The notes under the pieces: generated by a model
Told to the model about the DNA's origin: nothing
Databases searched by the model: none
Seen by the model: the letters and a program-made list of their open reading frames with translations, nothing else
Origin: Candidatus Brockarchaeota archaeon
GTDB lineage: Archaea > Thermoproteota > EX4484-205 > JAAOZP01
DNA: 64,000 bases
Assembly (NCBI GenBank): GCA_017601345.1
Contig: JAFNIT010000001.1
Location: forward strand, 12,835 to 76,834
Reading direction: 5' to 3'
Position numbers and translations under genes: made by a program
Shown here: piece by piece, positions 56,494 to 64,000 of the stretch
Numbering within the stretch: the first letter of the stretch is position 1
Layout of the letters: every line of letters begins with the position of its first letter

Positions 56494-57252
56494 TCATTTC
56501 ACCTCGTAGAAGCGGGTAAAATAGATAAAAGCGATTGATAAGAATCCGAGAGAAATAATGAAGGCGACTATTAAATTGTTAACTGCTTCATGCGGAACAA
56601 GAAGAAAATTGGACGTAGAAATCGGCGGAATATTATATAGGAAAGATCCCGGTTGAGGATTAGAATGTTTAATCAAGTTATCCAACGAGTAAAAAATTAA
56701 AGCACTTGACAAAATCGAAATAATAGTTCTATCTGAAACAGTAGAGATAAGGACATTTAAAGATATGATGAATATTGTTTGAATTAATAAAGAGAAACAA
56801 GGAATTAATAAAGAAAATAATGTTTCTACTAACCAAGCCCCTCTTAAATTGTAGACGAGGAGCACTATGGTTGAAGTAAAAAGACATATGATGCCGAAAA
56901 GAATTAAAGCTATAAGTTTAGCTGCAAATAGCTCTGTTCTATTTCGCGAATATACAAGTTCCATATCTAACATACCGGATTCGCGTTCATACGGTAATAT
57001 AATTGCAGTTATCACCCCCATGAGTATTCCTTGTATTACGAAAGCAAAAGAAACTACTGGATATAGAATTTGTTCAGCAAAAAAATGGATAATGGTATAA
57101 CTTTCTAAGGAGCCTATGTCTTCTGAGGATATGGAGCCCATAAGACTTGGTAGCATTATCGTCCCATTGAATATCATGCTGGCGATCACGATCTCCGGTA
57201 TTGGGAATGCAAGCAGTTTCTTCAGTTCCCAACGGATGCTTTCAAGATTCAA
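56494..57252 (-). CDS. ABC-2 type transporter permease
   Basis: Six TM helices. Overlaps the upstream ATPase gene. Confidence 0.6.
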   Translation of the reverse strand: MNLESIRWELKKLLAFPIPEIVIASMIFNGTIMLPSLMGSISSEDIGSLESYTIIHFFAEQILYPVVSFAFVIQGILMGVITAIILPYERESGMLDMELVYSRNRTELFAAKLIALILFGIICLFTSTIVLLVYNLRGAWLVETLFSLLIPCFSLLIQTIFIISLNVLISTVSDRTIISILSSALIFYSLDNLIKHSNPQPGSFLYNIPPISTSNFLLVPHEAVNNLIVAFIISLGFLSIAFIYFTRFYEVK

Positions 57253-57968
57253 ACCTGAGCACCCCCCATGATTCTTGCATAAGCATTTACCAAAGTGCCG
57301 TCGAGCGAGAAGCTTTTGATGAATTTCCCTAAGGTGTCCTGCGCAATGATTTTTCCCTTATCCATAACAATTATGAAATCGCATATCTGTTCAAGCTCTT
57401 CCAGAATGTGGGTTGAAACTATTATTGACTTTCCACCATGACGTTTGATTTCCTGAATGAGCTTTACCATTTCAACCCTGCCAAGAGGATCTAGGTTGGT
57501 AGAAGGTTCATCCAGTATGATGAGAGAAGGATCTCCGATCAATGCTTGGAGAAGACCTAGTCTCTGAACCATGCCCGCAGAGTAAGTACCTATCTTTCTT
57601 TCTAGGAAGTCTCCTTTAACAACAGAATGGTGAATAACATTCTGATCTAAATCCACCTGTTTCAACTTGGCTACATGCCTTAGATAATCTATTCCAGTAA
57701 CCCATTTAGGGAAAGCACATTTCTCCCTTAAATAGCCGATTTTAGAAAAAACCTCGTCGTGACTGTAGAAAGGATCCTTACCGAATACGAGGATCCTACC
57801 GGATGATGGTTTTTGAAGACCCAGCATGATTCTGATGAATGTTGTTTTACCAGAGCCATTTGGCCCCACTAACCCATAGACCCCGTTATTAAAAGAAAGA
57901 TTCACGTTCTCAAGCGCAATGATTTTCCCAAATCTCTTAGAAACGTTAAATGCTTCTACCACACTCAT
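57249..57968 (-). CDS. ABC transporter ATP-binding protein (intact motifs)
   Basis: Walker A LVGPNGSGKTT. Signature YSAGMVQRL. Walker B IILDEPSTNLD. H-loop STH. Confidence 0.9.
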   Translation of the reverse strand: MSVVEAFNVSKRFGKIIALENVNLSFNNGVYGLVGPNGSGKTTFIRIMLGLQKPSSGRILVFGKDPFYSHDEVFSKIGYLREKCAFPKWVTGIDYLRHVAKLKQVDLDQNVIHHSVVKGDFLERKIGTYSAGMVQRLGLLQALIGDPSLIILDEPSTNLDPLGRVEMVKLIQEIKRHGGKSIIVSTHILEELEQICDFIIVMDKGKIIAQDTLGKFIKSFSLDGTLVNAYARIMGGAQV

Positions 57969-58079
57969 TTTCAGTATGATTAGAATGTTTTAAAGCAGAT
58001 ATTTAAACATGTTTTATGCCACTGAGACGCAGCATAAATTTTATATAGCTTAATTAACTTAAATTGTTGATGTGGAAAC

Positions 58080-58499
58080 ATGGTATTTGAGAGAAGAAGA
58101 ATAATAATCCTACTTCTAGTTTCAGTAATTCTCTCATTAGCAACGGTGCTAAGTATGAGTGATCAATACTACAGTTGGGATGATGATTACAGAAAGGGAC
58201 ATGCCTCAGATTATTCTTATTCTTGGTGGGCACATGCTTATGTAGGAGCTTGGCATGTACCCTCCGTTGGCTATTTCAGCTTTACGCATAAAGGTTCAGG
58301 CGGAGGTACTTATTACTCCAATCCTAATGTCCAGTTTTATACCAAAATTCAAGCAGGGTCATCTATAAAAGATGGAGGATATACTAGGGCTCTAGTATAT
58401 ATGAAATATGAGGGTGTTTCGGTTGGGCCAATTGGGTGTGTAATCGCCGGAATCGGAGCATTTGCAGGTATAAAGTATTATTTAAAGTGTAAAAGTTAA
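58080..58499 (+). CDS. Small aromatic-rich extracellular protein with N-terminal signal-anchor and C-terminal hydrophobic tail
   Basis: N-terminal IIILLLVSVILSLATVL. A Tyr/Trp/Gly-rich middle. C-terminal GPIGCVIAGIGAFAGIKYYLKCKS. Confidence 0.45.
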   Translation: MVFERRRIIILLLVSVILSLATVLSMSDQYYSWDDDYRKGHASDYSYSWWAHAYVGAWHVPSVGYFSFTHKGSGGGTYYSNPNVQFYTKIQAGSSIKDGGYTRALVYMKYEGVSVGPIGCVIAGIGAFAGIKYYLKCKS

Positions 58500-58502
58500 A
58501 GC

Positions 58503-59417
58503 ATGAAGAACCTGCTGTTCTTAACAATACTGTTTTTTCTCATCTTTCCTCAACCAATTACCATCAGGCTCAGGCCTGAGCCTGAATGGCTCAAGCCCGG
58601 GTTTTACGTAGAGTATTTCGTAGATTCTACAAGTATTGGACTCTGGATACTCCCTAACTCCAGCCTCTACAATTCGCTGCCGAATCTCACAGGTCTGGGA
58701 GAAATAACACGTGAGGGTCTCTATCCATGCAATGGTACTTATAGATTCGAACTTATTGATATGAATGCCACTTTCGCGCGTTTTAATGTTAGCCTAGATC
58801 TTAACGCATGGAGACCGCATAAGCGACTCATAATGCCCGGCGAGAAAATAATCTGGATCCCGTTTAAAATGCTGCAAACATCATTTACATGCGACGTTGA
58901 GCTGGAGACTTTAGCAACGTATAAAGACGGAAAATTCATCGGTATTTTCCCCCTATGGAGAAGCTTTACGTCTCAACGTAACCGGACTATTCTTCTCCTA
59001 AATTTATTCGGAAAGAGGGTTGATGCAAACTATATTTTTTTAGAGAAACTCGTCTCATTTGAAACTCCTCTTGGAACCTTCAGATACGTGTTTGTAGTCG
59101 ATGCTGAAATAGTACTGTCTCTCCCGTATGTAAATTCGCCTTGCATCTTCACAACTAACAGTGTATATGAAAGGGATAGTTCACTCCTGGTCTTTGGTGG
59201 AATGTATATGGACGATATACTGCTAGAGAACGGTATATTGTGTTTCGACTGGATAGAAATCAAAGAGACTACTGTAGAGTTTCCTCAGTTGAAGGAAGAG
59301 AGAAGCAGTTTTGTCCAAGGTGGGCATTTTTTCCTAGCTCTTCTATTCGCGGGGGTAGCTTTACCTTTTCTTTACAAACTACTGATAAGATTTAGAATAG
59401 TTAAGCGTTTAGTGTAG
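58503..59417 (+). CDS. Extracellular protein with signal peptide and C-terminal TM anchor
   Basis: N-terminal LLFLTILFFLIFPQP, sequons (NSS, NLT, NGT, NAT, NVS), and C-terminal FFLALLFAGVALPFLYKLLIRFRIVKR. Confidence 0.45.
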   Translation: MKNLLFLTILFFLIFPQPITIRLRPEPEWLKPGFYVEYFVDSTSIGLWILPNSSLYNSLPNLTGLGEITREGLYPCNGTYRFELIDMNATFARFNVSLDLNAWRPHKRLIMPGEKIIWIPFKMLQTSFTCDVELETLATYKDGKFIGIFPLWRSFTSQRNRTILLLNLFGKRVDANYIFLEKLVSFETPLGTFRYVFVVDAEIVLSLPYVNSPCIFTTNSVYERDSSLLVFGGMYMDDILLENGILCFDWIEIKETTVEFPQLKEERSSFVQGGHFFLALLFAGVALPFLYKLLIRFRIVKRLV

Positions 59418-59472
59418 AAAACAGTTTTATCTAAACTTATATGAAAGAAGTTACGTTTGGAGTTTTAATTGT

Positions 59473-60207
59473 TTACTCTACTTCCCTAACGGCTACTTCA
59501 GCCCTGGTTTCGATTCTCTCAATCTTGCCATCACGTAGCCAAAATATTCTATCTGAGACGTCGATCATTTTGAGATCGTGAGTTGCATTAATTATTGTTA
59601 CTTTTTTCTCTGTGTTTAATGTTTTTAAAAGATTAATTATTTCTAATCCTGTGTGCAGGTCTAGGTTTCCCGTAGGTTCGTCTGCTAGGACTATTACTGG
59701 GTCGTTGACTAGTGCTCTTGCTATTGCTACCCTTTGCTGTTGTCCTCCCGATAGTTCTCCAGGCTTATGGTCCAGTCTCTCCCCAAGTCCCACTCTGGTA
59801 AGCATTTCTCTAGCCCTCCTAATCCTCTCGTCTCTCTCAACGCCCGTGAAAATCATCGGCAGTAGAACGTTTTCCATCGCCGTTAACACGGGTATTAGGT
59901 TGAAGGTCTGGAAGACGTATCCTATTTTCTTAGCCCTTAGCCATGCCAGCTCATAAGCGTCTAGGCTTGCTATATCCACTTCGTCGATGAAAACCTTTCC
60001 CCTAGTAGGTCTGTCTAAGCCTCCGACCATGTTGAAAAAAGTAGTCTTTCCGCTTCCCGAAGGACCCATTAGAGACAAGTACTCCGATCTCCTTATCTTC
60101 ACACTCACGCCGTCCAAAGCTTTAACGGTCACAGGACCCATTATGTAGTATTTAGCAAGATCTTCGGTTTCCACAGCATATTCGTATCTCATAACCATTT
60201 GAAACAC
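59473..60207 (-). CDS. ABC transporter ATP-binding protein, MacB/LolD/FtsE-like
   Basis: Walker A LMGPSGSGKTT. Signature LSGGQQQRVAIARAL. Walker B VLADEPTGNLD. H-loop ATHD. Confidence 0.9.
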   Translation of the reverse strand: MFQMVMRYEYAVETEDLAKYYIMGPVTVKALDGVSVKIRRSEYLSLMGPSGSGKTTFFNMVGGLDRPTRGKVFIDEVDIASLDAYELAWLRAKKIGYVFQTFNLIPVLTAMENVLLPMIFTGVERDERIRRAREMLTRVGLGERLDHKPGELSGGQQQRVAIARALVNDPVIVLADEPTGNLDLHTGLEIINLLKTLNTEKKVTIINATHDLKMIDVSDRIFWLRDGKIERIETRAEVAVREVE

Positions 60208-60210
60208 CTC

Positions 60211-60861
60211 CTAAGCCTCGTATCTCAAAGCCTCTGTTGGGCTTAGTTTAGCAGCAATATAGGCGGGCACTATTGATGATATTAGTGCAATGAATACGCT
60301 TAGAGCTATGCCTATTAGTGGATTCGACAAAAAGATTAACGGCTCATTAACGTTGAACTCTAACCATAATCTTGCCGCAATAACCAATGCCTCAGTCTGT
60401 GCAGATCCCTGCTGCATCATTAGGGGTAGGAGGTATTGCCATAAGGCAGCTATACCCCAGCCGCTGACTGCCCCTATAGCGCCGCCTATCAACCCTAGGA
60501 AGAATGCTTCTATTAAGAATATCTCCAGCACGTGTCTGTTCCTCGCACCCAGGCATTTTATGGTGCCAATCTCCTTATATCTCTCTGTCACGCTCATCAG
60601 CATACTGTTTACTATTCCCACTGCGCAGATGAGTATTGCTATGATTGCCATCCATATCTGGTATGCTTGTACAGCAGTACCGGATTGCTGTCGCATAACG
60701 GCCATTATTCTCCCAGTGGTGAGAAGGAAGGATAGGAACGAGATACCAAGTATTATTGACGCCATGGTTACGAGGGCCCTGCCGAATCTTCGCTTAATAC
60801 TCTCTAGGCTGAACGAGAAGGCTTCGGAAACCGGGAATTTAACACTCTCTTCCCTGCTCAA
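60211..60861 (-). CDS. FtsX/MacB-type permease with minimal extracytoplasmic domain
   Basis: Four TM helices in 216 aa. Only ~15 residues separate TM1 and TM2, where FtsX/MacB proteins normally carry a large extracytoplasmic domain. C-terminal FtsX-like region (LSVFIALISSIVPAYIAAKLSPTEALRYE). Confidence 0.65.
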   Translation of the reverse strand: MSREESVKFPVSEAFSFSLESIKRRFGRALVTMASIILGISFLSFLLTTGRIMAVMRQQSGTAVQAYQIWMAIIAILICAVGIVNSMLMSVTERYKEIGTIKCLGARNRHVLEIFLIEAFFLGLIGGAIGAVSGWGIAALWQYLLPLMMQQGSAQTEALVIAARLWLEFNVNEPLIFLSNPLIGIALSVFIALISSIVPAYIAAKLSPTEALRYEA

Positions 60862-61111
60862 CTCCGCTCCACCTACAGGTGTTTTTCTCTACTAATTTAA
60901 AGCTTATTAACCTTTGTTCTAAGCTAATAGGGCATGAGCTTAAGCGATTTCATAAGTAATTTAGAGAAGATAACGCTTATTCTGGCAATTGGCATCCTAA
61001 TAATAATTATCTACTTCATCGCCAAGAGGGCTGCTAAACGCTAGGCAATGAATGTGTGTAAATATCTTAAGCCACGTATTAAGCTAGGGTTTAGGATGGG
61101 AGAGGGGGCGG

Positions 61112-62614
61112 ATGTCTAGAGAGGAGCTTATCCAGAAGTATATTGAGGCTATTCTCGAGAGGAGGAGAGACATGTCTAGAGAAGAACTTATTCAGAGAAT
61201 AGAGGAGAAGAAGAAGCATGCGCGTGTTAGCGAAGCCTACAGGGAGGTTTGGGCTGTCTTCAGCGTGGCGAACGAATTGGGAATAAGACTAGAAGAGGTT
61301 TCGTTAGAGAAGGAGATTAAGATTGGCAGTATTGTTTCAGGCCTCACAAGCGTATCGACGCGTGGAAGAGTCATTGCAATCTTAGAGCCGAAGGAAGTAG
61401 AATCTGCTGACGGCAAGGTTATGATAACTAGAGTAATAATAGGAGACTCCTCAGGGTGGGGCTACCTGTATCTGTGGAGGGAAAAAGCGAATCTGCTTCG
61501 GGAGCTTGGTATTGATGTCGGGGACGTGGTTAGAGTGACAAGAGCATATAGTAAAGAGGGGAGGATGGGAACCATAGAGATACATTTAGGAAATGCTGGA
61601 AGCATATCGAAGATTGAAGATAGCCTGGACATACCTACTAGGGAAGCCTTCTTTAAAAAACTTGGAGAATTAAGTTATAACGATAACGTTGTTAATGTTA
61701 AGGCCGTAGTGACAGGGGTTTCAGAGATTAAGAAATTTTCAGACCCGATAAGAGGAGAAGGTACTGTCAGGAGGATAGTCTTAGCAGAGGGTGATTTGAG
61801 GATACCGCTAACCCTTTGGCACGAGCATTCTACTAAAATAACTGAAAAAGATGTTTTCAGCACTGTTCTAATAGCTGGAGCCAGAGTTAGGAGGGGTTTA
61901 AGTGGAAGCCTAGAGCTGGAGCTTAATTCAATGGGGTGCTTAGAGATACTGAGCAAGATAGGGGAAGCAGAGTATAGCGTTCTTTCTAAAGCAGATCCGG
62001 GTAAACTCGTTAATCTGAAGCTCCACGTGCTTAAGATGTTTAAAGAGAACGTTATTTCCCTATCCGGCAGAGCGAGGAGGATGGTAGACGCTATTGTTTC
62101 AGACGGAGAGTCCTACGCTGTATTAACATGCTGGGGCAGTATTATAGACAAGCTTAAACAAGTAGATGCTGAGGGAAAGAAAATAGCTTTTCTAAATATT
62201 CTTGTAAGAAGCAGGGGGAGACAGATTTTACTGAGTACAACATCATCCACAACGATAATTGACGTTGAAAAAGATATTTCAAATCTGAAGGTTCCTGAGA
62301 AAACTTATAGAATCAACGAGCTTGAACCTGGGATGAGGAAGATTCACGTTGAAGGAATTGTTTCAACAATCCCAGAAGAACAAGAAGTTATTTTAGCATC
62401 TGGTGAAAAGATAAGAGCATGCCGCCTAAACCTAATGGATGACACGGGGGTGGTGGAGGTAATAGCTTGGCGCGAAAACACTAGTAAAATACTTGGCTTA
62501 CAACCAGGGATGGGTGTAAGAATTAAATGGTGCAACGTTAGGGAAAGAGGTATAGGAAGATTATGCCTTGAGGTTACTGGTGACAGTGAAGTGGAGATGA
62601 TGAATATTGAGTAG
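61112..62614 (+). CDS. RPA-like single-stranded DNA-binding protein with multiple OB folds
   Basis: At least three OB-fold-like segments, each with a G-x-V...LxDxTG-type pattern (e.g. GRVIAILEPKEV...ITRVIIGDSSGWGYLYLWRE; VKAVVTGVSE...RIVLAEGDLRIPLTLWHE; VEGIVSTIPE...CRLNLMDDTGVVEVIAWRE). The N-terminal MSREELIQ motif is tandemly duplicated. Confidence 0.65.
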   Translation: MSREELIQKYIEAILERRRDMSREELIQRIEEKKKHARVSEAYREVWAVFSVANELGIRLEEVSLEKEIKIGSIVSGLTSVSTRGRVIAILEPKEVESADGKVMITRVIIGDSSGWGYLYLWREKANLLRELGIDVGDVVRVTRAYSKEGRMGTIEIHLGNAGSISKIEDSLDIPTREAFFKKLGELSYNDNVVNVKAVVTGVSEIKKFSDPIRGEGTVRRIVLAEGDLRIPLTLWHEHSTKITEKDVFSTVLIAGARVRRGLSGSLELELNSMGCLEILSKIGEAEYSVLSKADPGKLVNLKLHVLKMFKENVISLSGRARRMVDAIVSDGESYAVLTCWGSIIDKLKQVDAEGKKIAFLNILVRSRGRQILLSTTSSTTIIDVEKDISNLKVPEKTYRINELEPGMRKIHVEGIVSTIPEEQEVILASGEKIRACRLNLMDDTGVVEVIAWRENTSKILGLQPGMGVRIKWCNVRERGIGRLCLEVTGDSEVEMMNIE

Positions 62615-62891
62615 TGAGGCTATAGTTATCGTGGGGAGGAAGAAGCCTTGGAACTATGTTACTGCATGCATCACTGTGTTTAATAGCGGGAACAAAACCC
62701 TCATTATAAGAGGGAGGGGGGAAAACATTTCCAGAGCAGTCGACGTTGCCAATCTTCTGCGGAGAAATATAGCGGGAATGCAGATAATTGAAGTAAGGAT
62801 TCTGGAGGAAAGCGAAGAAGGTACTTCAAGAATAATCCCTGTGATAGAAATAGTTGTGGAGAATCCTCACTTAAAGGAAGCTAAGCAGTAA
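62607..62891 (+). CDS. albA: Alba DNA/RNA-binding protein
   Basis: IVGRKKPWNYVTACITVFNSG...IRGRGENISRAVDVANLLRRN matches the Alba/Sso10b fold and basic loop. 94 aa. Start overlaps the preceding stop. Confidence 0.85.
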   Translation: MSSEAIVIVGRKKPWNYVTACITVFNSGNKTLIIRGRGENISRAVDVANLLRRNIAGMQIIEVRILEESEEGTSRIIPVIEIVVENPHLKEAKQ

Positions 62892-64000
62892 AGCATTCAT
62901 CAGTATTATAGCAAAAAATAGGATACGTATTACTCTATCACAATATTCCACGAAGTTTTCAAATATGTTAAAAATCTCTCCAGTAACCTTGACTCCATCA
63001 ACCCTCCCGATCCAAACTTTCACCGAACAAGGAGAAAGGTTCTTCATAGCAATATTAATAGACTCTAAGCAGGATTGGAGGATAAGCTCTCTCCCTGTTT
63101 TAAAACCTATCGGGAAATATCCCTTCCTAGACTTCCTAATACCGGTCAGGAGATGAGTGTCTGTAGTAATGATCTCAAGTGTCGATATATTGAGCAGGCT
63201 TTTAAGGTTGTTAACAAGGTAATTGCGTAAGCCGCTAACCATATTATTCCCGTCAATCAATATAAGAACGTGATTCTCATCCCCAGTATTGAAAACCAGC
63301 GTGGATATTCCCCCGGGTCCTATTTCGTCTTCAGGAAGAGTAGCAGGCCGGATCCTGTTAAAACCAATTTTCAAATCTTTTTGAGGCACTTTCTTTAGTA
63401 TTTCCAATGCGTTATGCAAGAGCCTAGAAAGTATTTCCCTATTGGGTTCAGATACTTTCCAATTTGAAGAATCTATCGAGTTATGCGCATCAGCAACTAT
63501 TAGTGTAGTTAGGCCGTGGCGGCTTACAATATCCGAAAATACTGGCAACCATTCCGGAGGAAGGTCTTCCACGGAATACCCCGGGCAGGATAATAGAACA
63601 ATACAGTAAGAACAGATACGGATCGCGGTAATACAATATCCTTCAGCCTCTTCTTGAATTATGCTTGCCCGACACTCCTCCAAGTATTCAGCAGAACTCA
63701 AAGCCTCCATCATCTTCTCCCTAATCTTCTCAACTTGTCTCCATGACGGAAGGTTAAAACGGTGGTCTGACAGATTACGGAGCAGAACTATTCTAAGACC
63801 ATTATTTTCAAACTCCCCAATCAAACGACTCGGCAATGAACTGCTGCCAATCATACCGAATGGCCCAAAGTGGGCGGATAAGCCGAAGATTGACAAGCTC
63901 TCTCCAGCCTGAGGAATTAAGAGCAGCAGGGACAACGCCAGGTCCTCTTTACTACTCATTTCCTCAATAATGGTTTCAAACGGTTCAGGATTCTTGTTTA
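62871..64000 (-). CDS. Hypothetical membrane-associated protein (N-terminus beyond window edge)
   Basis: The frame stays open upstream of the listed Met to the window end. C-terminal hydrophobic helix VIRILFFAIILMNALLLSFL. No confident family assignment. Confidence 0.45.
   Translation of the reverse strand, partial: NKNPEPFETIIEEMSSKEDLALSLLLLIPQAGESLSIFGLSAHFGPFGMIGSSSLPSRLIGEFENNGLRIVLLRNLSDHRFNLPSWRQVEKIREKMMEALSSAEYLEECRASIIQEEAEGYCITAIRICSYCIVLLSCPGYSVEDLPPEWLPVFSDIVSRHGLTTLIVADAHNSIDSSNWKVSEPNREILSRLLHNALEILKKVPQKDLKIGFNRIRPATLPEDEIGPGGISTLVFNTGDENHVLILIDGNNMVSGLRNYLVNNLKSLLNISTLEIITTDTHLLTGIRKSRKGYFPIGFKTGRELILQSCLESINIAMKNLSPCSVKVWIGRVDGVKVTGEIFNIFENFVEYCDRVIRILFFAIILMNALLLSFL

Noticed and set aside
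1-64000. CRISPR arrays, IS elements, integrases
   Set aside because: No regularly spaced direct repeats of 24-40 nt, no transposase/integrase-like ORFs and no inverted terminal repeats were recognised by eye. Only the decayed fragment at 36330-36830 hints at past insertion.

Overview
The window is a chromosomal segment from a crenarchaeon. Three features point to a Thermoproteales/Thermofilum-like lineage: tRNA genes with non-canonical introns (in the T-loop and at position 26/27), an ESCRT-III/Vps4 (Cdv) cell-division locus, and a multi-OB-fold RPA-like protein next to Alba. Most of the window is core genome on both strands:
- Information processing and housekeeping: radA, aspS, L40e, an aCPSF2-like nuclease, a TFB paralog, RNase P Rpp21, aEF-2, thermosome, rpiA and gatCA.
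- Biosynthetic operons: leuA-leuC-leuD (+), argH, ilvBNCD (-) and the complete trpEGDCFBA operon (-).
- Seven tRNA genes, three with introns.
- A VapBC toxin-antitoxin pair and two ABC-2 exporter modules, one of which has a catalytically dead ATPase.
- A MacB/FtsX-like exporter next to doubly anchored secreted proteins.
The accessory-looking part is a ~7-kb bidirectional locus at about 7.0-14.1 kb, which is the best candidate for an undescribed system. One arm (plus strand, tightly coupled) encodes a 48-aa coiled-coil ORF, a FlaI/TadA-like secretion ATPase, two single-domain TadB/TadC-like platform proteins, an Flp/type-IV-like pilin with its own promoter, and a membrane-anchored HerA/VirB4(CedB)-like ATPase. 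The other arm (minus strand) encodes five overlapping small N-terminally anchored (pilin-like) proteins. A divergent TFB paralog sits directly next to the locus. I read this as a pilus-coupled DNA-translocation system (analogous to Ups plus Ced/Ted) with a dedicated transcription factor. No CRISPR array, IS element or integrase was seen.
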